Assembly: GCA_029858565.1 (NCBI GenBank)
Contig: JAOUEV010000064.1
Span: 1 to 17,652, forward strand
Direction of reading: 5' to 3'
From: Nitrospirota bacterium
Lineage (GTDB): Bacteria > Nitrospirota > UBA9217
Length of the DNA: 17,652 bases
Shown here: piece after piece, positions 9,375 through 16,772 of the stretch
How positions within the stretch are numbered: position 1 is the first letter of the stretch
How the letters are laid out: each line of letters opens with the position of its first letter
Program-made: the position numbers and the translations under genes
Notes under the pieces: generated by a model
What the model saw: the letters and a program-made list of their open reading frames with translations, nothing else
Databases searched by the model: none
Told to the model about the DNA's origin: nothing

Positions 9375-9463
9375 AATAACCTCCTGACCGTTCCAAGCTT
9401 GATGATACCATACCCAGGATCCCGTTCCGGGAACCGGATTATTCCTCTCGCCGGTCACGGGAC

Positions 9464-10399
9464 TTACCGCAGGATGCCCTTGACGATTACATCCACCGCC
9501 TCCTGCGGCGACAGACCATGGGCCATCAGCGTTTCCATCTGGCGTTTGTCCACGCTCCCGATCGCGGCCTCATGGGTGACCTTGGCGCCCGGGTTGTTCA
9601 CCTGCACAATGGGAATGGCGCGTGCGACGGCCCGGTCCTTTACGATCTCCATGCAGTCCACGTGGCCGCGCGCCCCGTCGGCATTCCCCTCGGTGATCCC
9701 GGTCACCTCGGCGCGCGCATCGTCCTCGATGGCAACGCGGGTCTTGATCATGCCCCGCGCGTTCCGGCCGTTCAGAAGCACAGCGTCCCTGATGCGCACA
9801 TCGTCCTGCCCGTGGCCAAAGACCCGTGCGTTCAGTTCGGTCACGGAGTCACGGCCGCCCGTCACCGTGTAATCGAGGCTGAGCTTTCCCACCCTGCCGG
9901 TGGTAAGGGTAAAGTCCGTGATATACCTGCCTCCGGCCCCCACGTTCACCCGGGCCACGGGGATGACTTCCACGCCGCCATGGGGACCGTGATAATGGGT
10001 CTCCGAGTACCGCATCTCCGCCCGGTCTCCGACCGAGACCTCGGCGTCCATGGCATGACGCACCTTGACCGCGTTCGGGAAGATACAGTGCGCGATGAAA
10101 GTTGCCGAGGCTCCTTCCTCGATGTTTACGCGCATCTCGATCCTCTGCGTGCCCTCGGCGTGGAGTACGCCGAAACAGAGATGGACCGGTTTCGCGAGCC
10201 TGACATCTTTCTTAACCGTCACTGCCGCGAAGATACCGTCCGCGGTTTCACGCGCGTCGACCACCAGTCCCGGCACTCCCCGCATGCTCACGATGCTGTG
10301 GCCGCTGGCTGCCAGGTGGCCGGTGGAGCTGTCGCCCAGGACAGCGGCGTCGCCGCCGGCGCAGGTATAAGCTCTGAGGAGATCTTCCTGTTCAGACAT
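9464..10399 (-). CDS. sufB: SufB/SufD-family Fe-S scaffold, short archaeal-type (SmsB-like)
   Basis: PVHLCFG, AHCIFPNA, ARGHVDCMEIV, AIPIVQV...AKVTHEAAIGSVD motifs. About 311 aa. ATG 10399 overlaps the sufC stop (ATGTCTGA). Confidence 0.92.
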   Translation of the reverse strand: MSEQEDLLRAYTCAGGDAAVLGDSSTGHLAASGHSIVSMRGVPGLVVDARETADGIFAAVTVKKDVRLAKPVHLCFGVLHAEGTQRIEMRVNIEEGASATFIAHCIFPNAVKVRHAMDAEVSVGDRAEMRYSETHYHGPHGGVEVIPVARVNVGAGGRYITDFTLTTGRVGKLSLDYTVTGGRDSVTELNARVFGHGQDDVRIRDAVLLNGRNARGMIKTRVAIEDDARAEVTGITEGNADGARGHVDCMEIVKDRAVARAIPIVQVNNPGAKVTHEAAIGSVDKRQMETLMAHGLSPQEAVDVIVKGILR

Positions 10400-11117
10400 A
10401 GTGACACTCTGTGCCATCGCACAATCCGCAATGGCGTTTCTTGTAGTGGCCGGCAACACCCTCGGGTGTTCCTGAGCAGATGATCCTGCCGTTGCAGAGC
10501 TGGGAAGCCCGGTCCGCGATCAGCGCGATCTCTTCGCGGTGAGTGATGAGCAGGACCGCGGAACCGCGTTCCTTGAACGCTGAAATGACGTTAATGATGT
10601 CCCGGGTAGAGAGCATATCGATGCCCGAATCAGGTTCATCCATGATGGCCAGCCTTGGCTTGAGCGCCAGGAGCGACGCAAGCTCGATGCGCTTGCGCTC
10701 ACCACCGCTCAGGGAGCGGTCGACCATGCGGTCGCGATAGAGAGCGGGATTCATTCCAACGAGCTCCAATGCTGAGTCAGCCGCACCCCGTTCCGTTCCG
10801 AGAGACAGGTAATCTGCCACGGTCACTCCCTCGAACCGTACCGGCTCCTGCCAGGCCATGGTGATGCCTTTCCGGGCCCGTTCGTGGATCTTGAGGCCGG
10901 CAAGCGCGGCACCGTCATACAGAAGCTCTCCTTCCGACGGTCGGTATCCTTCGCAGCCCATGATCACGTAAGCCAGGGTGCTCTTGCCGGTCCCGTTGGC
11001 GCCGAGCAACGCGTGTACTTCGCCCTGTTCGATGGCAAGGTCGAGGTGATCGAGGATGGCGGCGCATGATGCCCCGGCAGGCCTGAAAACAAGATCCCTT
11101 ATGGAGAGCAAGGACAT
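10392..11117 (-). CDS. sufC: SufC-like ABC ATPase with Cys-rich tail (SmsC-like)
   Basis: Walker A GANGTGKST, AWQEP Q-loop, LSGGERKRIE, MDEPDSGID, LITH. Tail LC...IC...HCGLCDGTEC. Translationally coupled to sufBD. Confidence 0.92.
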   Translation of the reverse strand: MSLLSIRDLVFRPAGASCAAILDHLDLAIEQGEVHALLGANGTGKSTLAYVIMGCEGYRPSEGELLYDGAALAGLKIHERARKGITMAWQEPVRFEGVTVADYLSLGTERGAADSALELVGMNPALYRDRMVDRSLSGGERKRIELASLLALKPRLAIMDEPDSGIDMLSTRDIINVISAFKERGSAVLLITHREEIALIADRASQLCNGRIICSGTPEGVAGHYKKRHCGLCDGTECHYV

Positions 11118-11247
11118 GGATTTCACCCCATCAGCAACAACGACATCGTCGAGCCTGATATATATTCTAGCTGATTTGGGGGAATTAGGGGGGAGATCAA
11201 AGATGAGGACAGATGGTCAACTGTCTCTTCAATCAAGGGAAACCGGT

Positions 11248-11361
11248 TTTCGCGCAAAGGCGCAAAGACGCCAGGAAAAGATAACAACGACCGCGTCCGG
11301 TTTACTGCAAAATCCAGAAGTATCTCTGTCTTTCATCGCGACTTGGCGGCTCGGCGCGAGA
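11248..11361. repeat. REP-like imperfect inverted repeat made of 8-nt CGCAAAGN units
   Basis: Left arm TTTCGCGCAAAGGCGCAAAGACGCCAGGAAA. Reverse complement of right arm TCTCGCGCCGAGCCGCCAAGTCGCGATGAAA. Confidence 0.65.
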
Positions 11362-11392
11362 CTGAATTACGCAGCTATTTTTCCCTCTACTC

Positions 11393-11428
11393 AAAAAAAA
11401 GCCGCTGCCCGGAAGACCGGGAGCGGCT
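11393..11428 (-). terminator. Rho-independent terminator after the HesB-like gene
   Basis: Minus strand AGCCGCT-CCCGG-TCTT-CCGGG-C-AGCGGC followed by a run of 8 T, about 25 nt after the stop at 11453. Confidence 0.85.
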
Positions 11429-11452
11429 GAAAAGAACAGAGAACAGGAGCTA

Positions 11453-11758
11453 CTAACAGCTGCAGGAACCGCCGCAGGAATTGTTCTGCTGCATGCCTGT
11501 CAGCACGAAACCCTGATTGTCGTTGAAATCGATGGTGGTGCTCATCAGCATCTGCTTCGCACGCTCTTCGAGGAACAGCTTGAGGCCGTCCTTCTCAAGG
11601 GTCGTGTCGCCCGCCTGGGCTGCTTTGGCTATGTCCATAGCCAATGAGGGGCTTCAGCCACCGGGGACAACGAAGATCCGGACCCCGTCGTCCGCGGTTC
11701 CCTGCTGGGTGACTACTTCCTTGAACTTCTTTACTGCTCCGTCGGTAAGACTTACCAT
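11453..11758 (-). CDS. HesB/IscA-like (A-type carrier fold) selenoprotein, 101 aa, Sec at codon 35
   Basis: ORF-track pieces 11654-11845 and 11453-11644 are in one frame, separated only by TGA at 11654-11656: MVSLTDGAVKKFKEVV...GVRIFVVPGG-U-SPSLAMDI...DGLKLFLE...TIDF...GFVLTG...SCGGSCSC. GAGGAGG RBS before ATG 11758. SECIS-like hairpin follows. Confidence 0.88.
11625..11644 (-). promoter_or_regulatory. Putative bacterial SECIS element
   Basis: TTGGCTAT-GGAC-ATAGCCAA: perfect 8-bp stem after a 9-nt spacer from the UGA. G-initiated loop lies 17 nt from the UGA. Confidence 0.72.
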
Positions 11759-11816
11759 TACAAACTTCCTCCTCTGCCTGGCTGCGAGAACCTTTCGGGA
11801 CTCGATGATGTAAGTG

Positions 11817-11845
11817 ATAATAACTCCGTGTTCAAATGTCTGCAA
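11817..11845 (-). promoter_or_regulatory. Putative sigma70 promoter for the HesB-like gene
   Basis: TTGCAG-N17-TATTAT on the minus strand, about 60 nt upstream of ATG 11758. Confidence 0.45.
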
Positions 11846-11906
11846 CTGTTTTTTGCTTCTTTCGCCCAGTTACGAACTCCGCAGAAGCAATGTCACACCC
11901 CTCTGC

Positions 11907-12323
11907 CTACCCCGATATATCGCGGACCAGGAACTCCATCCGGGCATGGATCTCGTCACGGGCCCTGCGAAACTCCCTGAGGATCTCTTCTTCCGTACCT
12001 GTGGCCCCGACCGGGTCCTTGATAGGCCAATGATATCTTTTTATTTCCTTCGGCGTCACGGGACAGGATTCAAGTGCGTTGGCGCAGAGCGTGACGATAA
12101 CGTCCATGGTCCGGAGCAGGTCCCAGTCGATCTCCTTGGACCGCTGGCCGGAAATGTCGATCCCGGCCTCGGCCATGACCGCTGCCGCGTGCCGGTTCAC
12201 TCCCGCGGCCATGAGACCGGCGCTATAGGGCTCGATGGCTCCCTGTCCGAGCGCCCGGGCGAACCCTTCGGCCATCTGGCTTCGGCAGGAATTTCCGGTG
12301 CAGAGGAACATGACTTTTTTCAC
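11907..12323 (-). CDS. arsC: Thioredoxin-coupled arsenate reductase (LMW-PTPase fold)
   Basis: P-loop FLCTGNSCRSQMAEG, distal C-X6-C (TLCANALESCP), HWPIKDP. GAGGAGG RBS 8 nt before GTG 12323. Confidence 0.95.
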   Translation of the reverse strand: MKKVMFLCTGNSCRSQMAEGFARALGQGAIEPYSAGLMAAGVNRHAAAVMAEAGIDISGQRSKEIDWDLLRTMDVIVTLCANALESCPVTPKEIKRYHWPIKDPVGATGTEEEILREFRRARDEIHARMEFLVRDISG

Positions 12324-12364
12324 AAGCACAGCCTCCTCAGGCGAACATGGTCAGCGATACCGGT

Positions 12365-13057
12365 CTACAGACCGATGACAGCAAAATAGGATCCCGTGGC
12401 AACAAGCACCGCTCCGCTGAACCGCTTCGCGTACAGGGAAAAGCTCCTGACACCGCGGGAGCGTACGAGTTGTTCAGTGAGCCCGACGGAAAGACCGGCC
12501 ATAAAGATCAATGCGCAATGACCGACAGCATAGACGAAGAGAAGCGATCCGCCATACAGGATATCGCCCTGCGTGGAGACATAAGCGAGGATAACAGCGA
12601 GCACCGGCGTGGCGCAGGGAGACGAGACGGTGCCGGTCAGGAGCCCAAGCAGGAACGCACCCCAGAGGCCGCGGGTCTTGATCTGATGCGTTTTCTGAAA
12701 GGGCAGAGGGATATCCACAATGCCCATGAGTTGGAGTCCCATGACTACAGCAAGGAGGGCAAGACCACCATATAACCACCGGCCGGCGAAGGACAGGAAC
12801 GCGCCCATGGCCGAAGCAGCCGCGCCAAGGACCGTAAAGGTTATGGAGAGACCTAGAATGAAGACCAGCGAATAGATCGCTGCTTTTTTCTTGTCCCCGT
12901 CCGAGTAACCGCCCACATAACCAATAATAAGAGGGATCGCGGCCAGCACACAAGGGCTGGCCGCGGACAGGAGACCACCGACGAACACGGTCAGGAACGC
13001 CAGTCCATGATTGTTTTGGATGACTGCTTGAATGTTTGCAAGCATGGCTTCCATCAT
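12365..13057 (-). CDS. ccdA: CcdA/DsbD-beta transmembrane thiol-disulfide electron transporter
   Basis: About six TM helices with the two catalytic motifs ASPCVLAAIP and SSPCATPVL. Confidence 0.92.
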   Translation of the reverse strand: MMEAMLANIQAVIQNNHGLAFLTVFVGGLLSAASPCVLAAIPLIIGYVGGYSDGDKKKAAIYSLVFILGLSITFTVLGAAASAMGAFLSFAGRWLYGGLALLAVVMGLQLMGIVDIPLPFQKTHQIKTRGLWGAFLLGLLTGTVSSPCATPVLAVILAYVSTQGDILYGGSLLFVYAVGHCALIFMAGLSVGLTEQLVRSRGVRSFSLYAKRFSGAVLVATGSYFAVIGL

Positions 13058-13061
13058 ATAC

Positions 13062-13093
13062 TCTCCGCGTCCCCGTGTCTCCCTGTCTCCGGG
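13062..13093. repeat. Four degenerate 8-nt tandem units between the thioredoxin gene and ccdA
   Basis: TCTCCGCG TCCCCGTG TCTCCCTG TCTCCGGG. Confidence 0.6.
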
Positions 13094-13100
13094 TCCGCTG

Positions 13101-13478
13101 TCATATCCCCGCCTTTTTCAGCATAGCCACGATCTCCTCATAGGGATAGAAGCCGACATGGCGGTGAAACTCTTTGCCATCCTTGTCCAGGAAGACCTGC
13201 ACCGGGATCATGTACACACCGAACCTGCGCGCCGACCGTTGGTCTTTCTTGACATCTATAAAAATGACATTAAGCTCCTTTTTGTAGGTTTCTGACAGTC
13301 TGGCCATTACCGGTTTCATTTGTTCACAGGGAATGCAGCCGATCGACCCCAGTTCAAGCATGACGACCTTCCCTTCTGCTTTCGCTCTGCTCAACGCGCT
13401 ATCGGCATCTCCGGCATTACTGCACGAAGACAGGGAAAGAAAGAGCAGAATTACCATCGACGCTATACTGATCTTCAT
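13101..13478 (-). CDS. Exported (likely lipoprotein) thioredoxin-family protein
   Basis: Signal peptide with lipobox-like LSSC, active site GCIPCEQMKP, cis-Pro IPVQVFLDKDGKE. GGAGG RBS before ATG 13478. Confidence 0.9.
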   Translation of the reverse strand: MKISIASMVILLFLSLSSCSNAGDADSALSRAKAEGKVVMLELGSIGCIPCEQMKPVMARLSETYKKELNVIFIDVKKDQRSARRFGVYMIPVQVFLDKDGKEFHRHVGFYPYEEIVAMLKKAGI

Positions 13479-13488
13479 GTTGCCTCCG

Positions 13489-14568
13489 CTAAACAGCATC
13501 GTTACCCGTGGCACCGCAGGGGGAGACGGAGAAATAGGTACGTTGAAAATATCTGGCCACATGCACCAGGCCGATCAACACCGGCACCTCCACCAGCGGC
13601 CCGATGACCGCGGCGAAGGCGGCGCCGGAGTTAATACCGAACACGGCAACGGCCACTGCTATCGCAAGCTCGAAATTATTGCTTGCCGCGGTGAATGACA
13701 AGGTCGCGGTCTTCGGGTAGTCGGCGCCGATCTTCTTTCCCATATAGAAGGACACCAGGAACATGACCACAAAATAGATCAGGAGCGGCACTGCAATGCG
13801 GAGCACGTCAAGAGGCAGCTTGACGATAAAGTTGCCCTTGAGCGAGAACATGACAACGATCGTGAACAAGAGCGAAATTAGCGTGATCGGACTGATCTTC
13901 GGGATAAAGATCGTTTCATACCATTCCCGGTTCTTCATTTTGATCAAGGCAAAGCGGGTCAGCATGCCGGCGATGAACGGGATGCCGAGATAGATGAATA
14001 CGCTCTCGGCGATCTGGCCGATTGTCACCTTGACCACGACCCCCTTGAGACCGAACCACACCGGGAGCGCTGTTATGAAGATATAGGCATACACAGAGAA
14101 GAAGAGGACCTGAAAGATCGAGTTGAACGCCACGAGACCGGCGGCATACTCAGGGTCGCCGCCGGCAAGGTCGTTCCAGACGATCACCATGGCGATGCAT
14201 CGGGCGAGGCCGATCATGATAAGACCGACCATGTATTCGGGATAGGAGCGAAGAAATATGATCGCGAGACCGAACATCAGAATGGGGCCGATGATCCAGT
14301 TCTGGATAAGAGAAAGGCCCAGGACCTTCTTATTGCGAAAAACCTCGGTGAGTTCCTCGTATTTGACCTTGGCGAGCGGTGGATACATCATGAGGATAAG
14401 GCCGACCGCGATGGGGATATTGGTCGTTCCAACCTGAAAGCTGTTGATGAACGATTCGGTCCCCGGGATAAAATACCCGAGGCCCACGCCGAGCGCCATT
14501 GCCGCAAAGATCCAAAGCGTAAGGAAACGGTCCGTAAAAGAAAGCACTTTTCCCGTTTGTTCGGCCAT
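13489..14568 (-). CDS. acr3: Acr3-family arsenite efflux transporter
   Basis: [38 protein letters not shown] (essential Cys), [19 protein letters not shown]. Confidence 0.97.
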   Translation of the reverse strand: MAEQTGKVLSFTDRFLTLWIFAAMALGVGLGYFIPGTESFINSFQVGTTNIPIAVGLILMMYPPLAKVKYEELTEVFRNKKVLGLSLIQNWIIGPILMFGLAIIFLRSYPEYMVGLIMIGLARCIAMVIVWNDLAGGDPEYAAGLVAFNSIFQVLFFSVYAYIFITALPVWFGLKGVVVKVTIGQIAESVFIYLGIPFIAGMLTRFALIKMKNREWYETIFIPKISPITLISLLFTIVVMFSLKGNFIVKLPLDVLRIAVPLLIYFVVMFLVSFYMGKKIGADYPKTATLSFTAASNNFELAIAVAVAVFGINSGAAFAAVIGPLVEVPVLIGLVHVARYFQRTYFSVSPCGATGNDAV

Positions 14569-14590
14569 CAGTCACATCCCCTCTGCAATC

Positions 14591-14965
14591 TCATCCGCAG
14601 CATCGGCTTTTGGATTTTAGCGGAACGACCTTCCGACCAAGGTCTTTCTTCCCGAGAAAAACACTTAGCCGTTTGCTATCCGCCAATGATTGATTGTCCC
14701 TGAGCCTCTCGCAGATCGACAGGATCAACATTCTCCGGAGCAGGTCCTGATCGTTCAGACTATAATGGATCCACTTCCCCTGCTTCCGGTCCTTGATCAG
14801 TCCTGCCTCTCTCAAAGCGCTGAGATGGAATGACACCTTGGGCTGCACCATGTCCAGTGCCGCTGTGATGTCGCAAACGCATAGTTCGCCCTGTTCAAGA
14901 AGCTTGATGATACGAAGCCTGGTCTCATCGGATAGTGCCTTGAATATTGTCGCAAGCTCATTCAT
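14591..14965 (-). CDS. arsR: ArsR/SmtB arsenite-responsive repressor
   Basis: FKALSDETRLRI, ELCVCD box, QPKVSFHL, RKQGKWIHYSL, plus C-terminal CC. Start 14965 or 14995. Confidence 0.95.
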   Translation of the reverse strand: MNELATIFKALSDETRLRIIKLLEQGELCVCDITAALDMVQPKVSFHLSALREAGLIKDRKQGKWIHYSLNDQDLLRRMLILSICERLRDNQSLADSKRLSVFLGKKDLGRKVVPLKSKSRCCG

Positions 14966-15004
14966 GATCGATGCGTTTCCCCCTGTCGGCTGCATGTAAC
15001 TAAA

Positions 15005-15247
15005 TTACGAAGCCGCCTTGATAAGTTCCTTTACCTTCTCCAGCGACGGAAGCGGTTTCCCGGAATGCCTGATCTTGCCATTCACGATGAGACCCGGCGT
15101 CGAAAGGATGCCGTGCATGGCGATCTGGCCGATGTCGGTGATCTTCTCGATCTTCGCCTCGATGCCGAGTTCCTGAACCGCGGTTTTCGCCAGTTCCTCC
15201 ATCTTGTGGCAATTCGCGCAACCCGGACCAAGTACCTTGATCTCCAT
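15005..15247 (-). CDS. Small thioredoxin-like redox-active disulfide protein (MTH895 type)
   Basis: MEIKVLGPGCANC...IEKITD...GILSTPGLIVNG. AGGAGG RBS fits ATG 15247. Confidence 0.92.
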   Translation of the reverse strand: MEIKVLGPGCANCHKMEELAKTAVQELGIEAKIEKITDIGQIAMHGILSTPGLIVNGKIRHSGKPLPSLEKVKELIKAAS

Positions 15248-15263
15248 ATCGTTCATCCTCCTG

Positions 15264-15713
15264 CTATTTTTTCCTGAACTTCATTTTTAGCACCGGAATT
15301 CGCGGACCTGTGTGGGGCGGCTGTACCTTGAACAGATGGGCAGCAGCGGCAATACCCGCCCTAACGATCAGTTCGGCGGGGATCGATTCATGGATATCAC
15401 CGCCGTATTCTACTGTTCTGCAATCAGTATCGCCGCAAGTTTCGCAGCATTTACTCTGGCCCGTGGTTGCACCGAGCCATTCTTCGAGTGTCTTCCCGGA
15501 GATGAGGATCTTGTTGGACTGCAATGCGTCCTTTTTGAACGTCTCGGGATCGATAGGTTTTTTGATCAGATTGACGGCTACATCAGAAGGAGCCAGCATC
15601 TGGTTGAGATCCTTGACCGCCTTTTCAACTTCCAGCTCCGTTGATCCGCAGCGGGGGCAGGTTTCTTTCCGTTCATCCAGGAGCCTTTGCCATTCGATTA
15701 CAAGCGTTTTCAT
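15264..15713 (-). CDS. DUF2703-like Cys-rich protein
   Basis: LVIEWQRL...TCPRCGST...SNKILISGKTLEEWLG...SKCCETCGDTDCRTVEY pattern. Family assigned from memory of the motif. Confidence 0.75.
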   Translation of the reverse strand: MKTLVIEWQRLLDERKETCPRCGSTELEVEKAVKDLNQMLAPSDVAVNLIKKPIDPETFKKDALQSNKILISGKTLEEWLGATTGQSKCCETCGDTDCRTVEYGGDIHESIPAELIVRAGIAAAAHLFKVQPPHTGPRIPVLKMKFRKK

Positions 15714-15726
15714 CCCTGCTTGACTC

Positions 15727-16680
15727 CTACAGAATTGCGTTAAACAGGTAGCCGACTCCGATGATCGTAACGGTCATGATCCCCACGAACGCGGCAAGAA
15801 GCTTCATTTTCAGCACCTTCCGGAGAATGATCATTTCGGGAAGCGACAGGGCCGTGACCGCCATCATGAAGGCAAGGACAGTCCCCATGCTCATGCCCTT
15901 TTCCATGAGCGCGTAGACGATCGGGATCACGCCCGCGACATTGGAATAGAGCGGAACACCCAGTGCAACAGCAATAGGCACACCGAAGTGATTCTGCGGG
16001 CCGGCATATTTGACCAGGAAATCCTCGGGCACGTATCCGTGGATGAAACCGCCGATGCCGATGGCGACAAGAACATAGGCCCAGACCTTTTTCAGTATGT
16101 CCGTGGTATTCTCTCGCGCGTACACGAGCCTGTCCTTGAAGGACTGTTTTACCGCGTCCGCAGCGGCGCCCATTGACTTGATCTGGTAAACGTACTCTTC
16201 GACCCATCTTTCGAGCTTCAGTTTGCCGATGATCAGCCCGGCAAGGATCGCCACAAGGAGACCGACGCCCATATAGATCAATGCGACCTTCCAGCCGAAA
16301 AGGCCCCACAGAAGAACCACCGCCACTTCATTGACCATCGGAGAGGATATAAGAAAGGAAAAAGTGACGCCCAGAGGCACCCCAGCCTCGATGAACCCGA
16401 TGAAAAGGGGGACCGCGGAGCAGGAGCAGAAGGGCGTGACAACGCCCAATAGCGCGGCGAGAATATTTCCAATAAACTCTTTTTTATGCGAAAGGATGCG
16501 TTTGGTTCGTTCCGGAGGGAAATAGGACCGGATGACGGAAACAGCGAAGATGATGACTGAAAGCAGCAGGAATATCTTAATTGTGTCGTAAATAAAGAAT
16601 TCAACAGCGCCGGACAACCGCGCACCCTGCGTCATGCCGAGCAGATCGTAGACCAGGTACTGAGCGAATTTCCCGAACAT
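15727..16680 (-). CDS. arsP: ArsP/DUF318-family permease
   Basis: TPFCSCSAVP, FSFLISSPMVNE, GVPLYSN, AFMMAVTALSLPE, multiple TM helices. GAGGTG RBS before ATG 16680. Confidence 0.9.
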   Translation of the reverse strand: MFGKFAQYLVYDLLGMTQGARLSGAVEFFIYDTIKIFLLLSVIIFAVSVIRSYFPPERTKRILSHKKEFIGNILAALLGVVTPFCSCSAVPLFIGFIEAGVPLGVTFSFLISSPMVNEVAVVLLWGLFGWKVALIYMGVGLLVAILAGLIIGKLKLERWVEEYVYQIKSMGAAADAVKQSFKDRLVYARENTTDILKKVWAYVLVAIGIGGFIHGYVPEDFLVKYAGPQNHFGVPIAVALGVPLYSNVAGVIPIVYALMEKGMSMGTVLAFMMAVTALSLPEMIILRKVLKMKLLAAFVGIMTVTIIGVGYLFNAIL

Positions 16681-16693
16681 TCCCGCACCTCGC

Positions 16694-16738
16694 ATAAATT
16701 ATTCTTTATATATTATACGGAGTATGCGGTTTTGTCAA
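16694..16738 (-). promoter_or_regulatory. Sigma70 promoter of the ars operon with candidate ArsR operator
   Basis: TTGACA (16738-16733), N17, TAATAT (an overlapping TATAAT lies at N15), directly followed by the palindrome ATAAA-gaataa-TTTAT (16709-16694). Confidence 0.7.
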
Positions 16739-16772
16739 TGCCTTTTCCAGCTTCCTGCGCTGGTCCGCCCCC

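Noticed and set aside
6200-9601. Active mobile element (IS, prophage or ICE)
   Set aside because: No integrase, transposase or terminal inverted repeats, and the flanking copies are substantially diverged. Reported only as a possible scar.
11453-11845. Two separate 63-aa ORFs, or a nonsense pseudogene
   Set aside because: Same frame, the TGA falls at the family's Cys/Sec position, a SECIS-like hairpin follows, and RBS and terminator are intact. A single selenoprotein explains it better.
14570-14605. ArsR ending CCG-TGA-DC as a second Sec read-through
   Set aside because: Read-through would run out of frame deep into acr3, no clear SECIS-like hairpin was seen, and ArsR is already full length.
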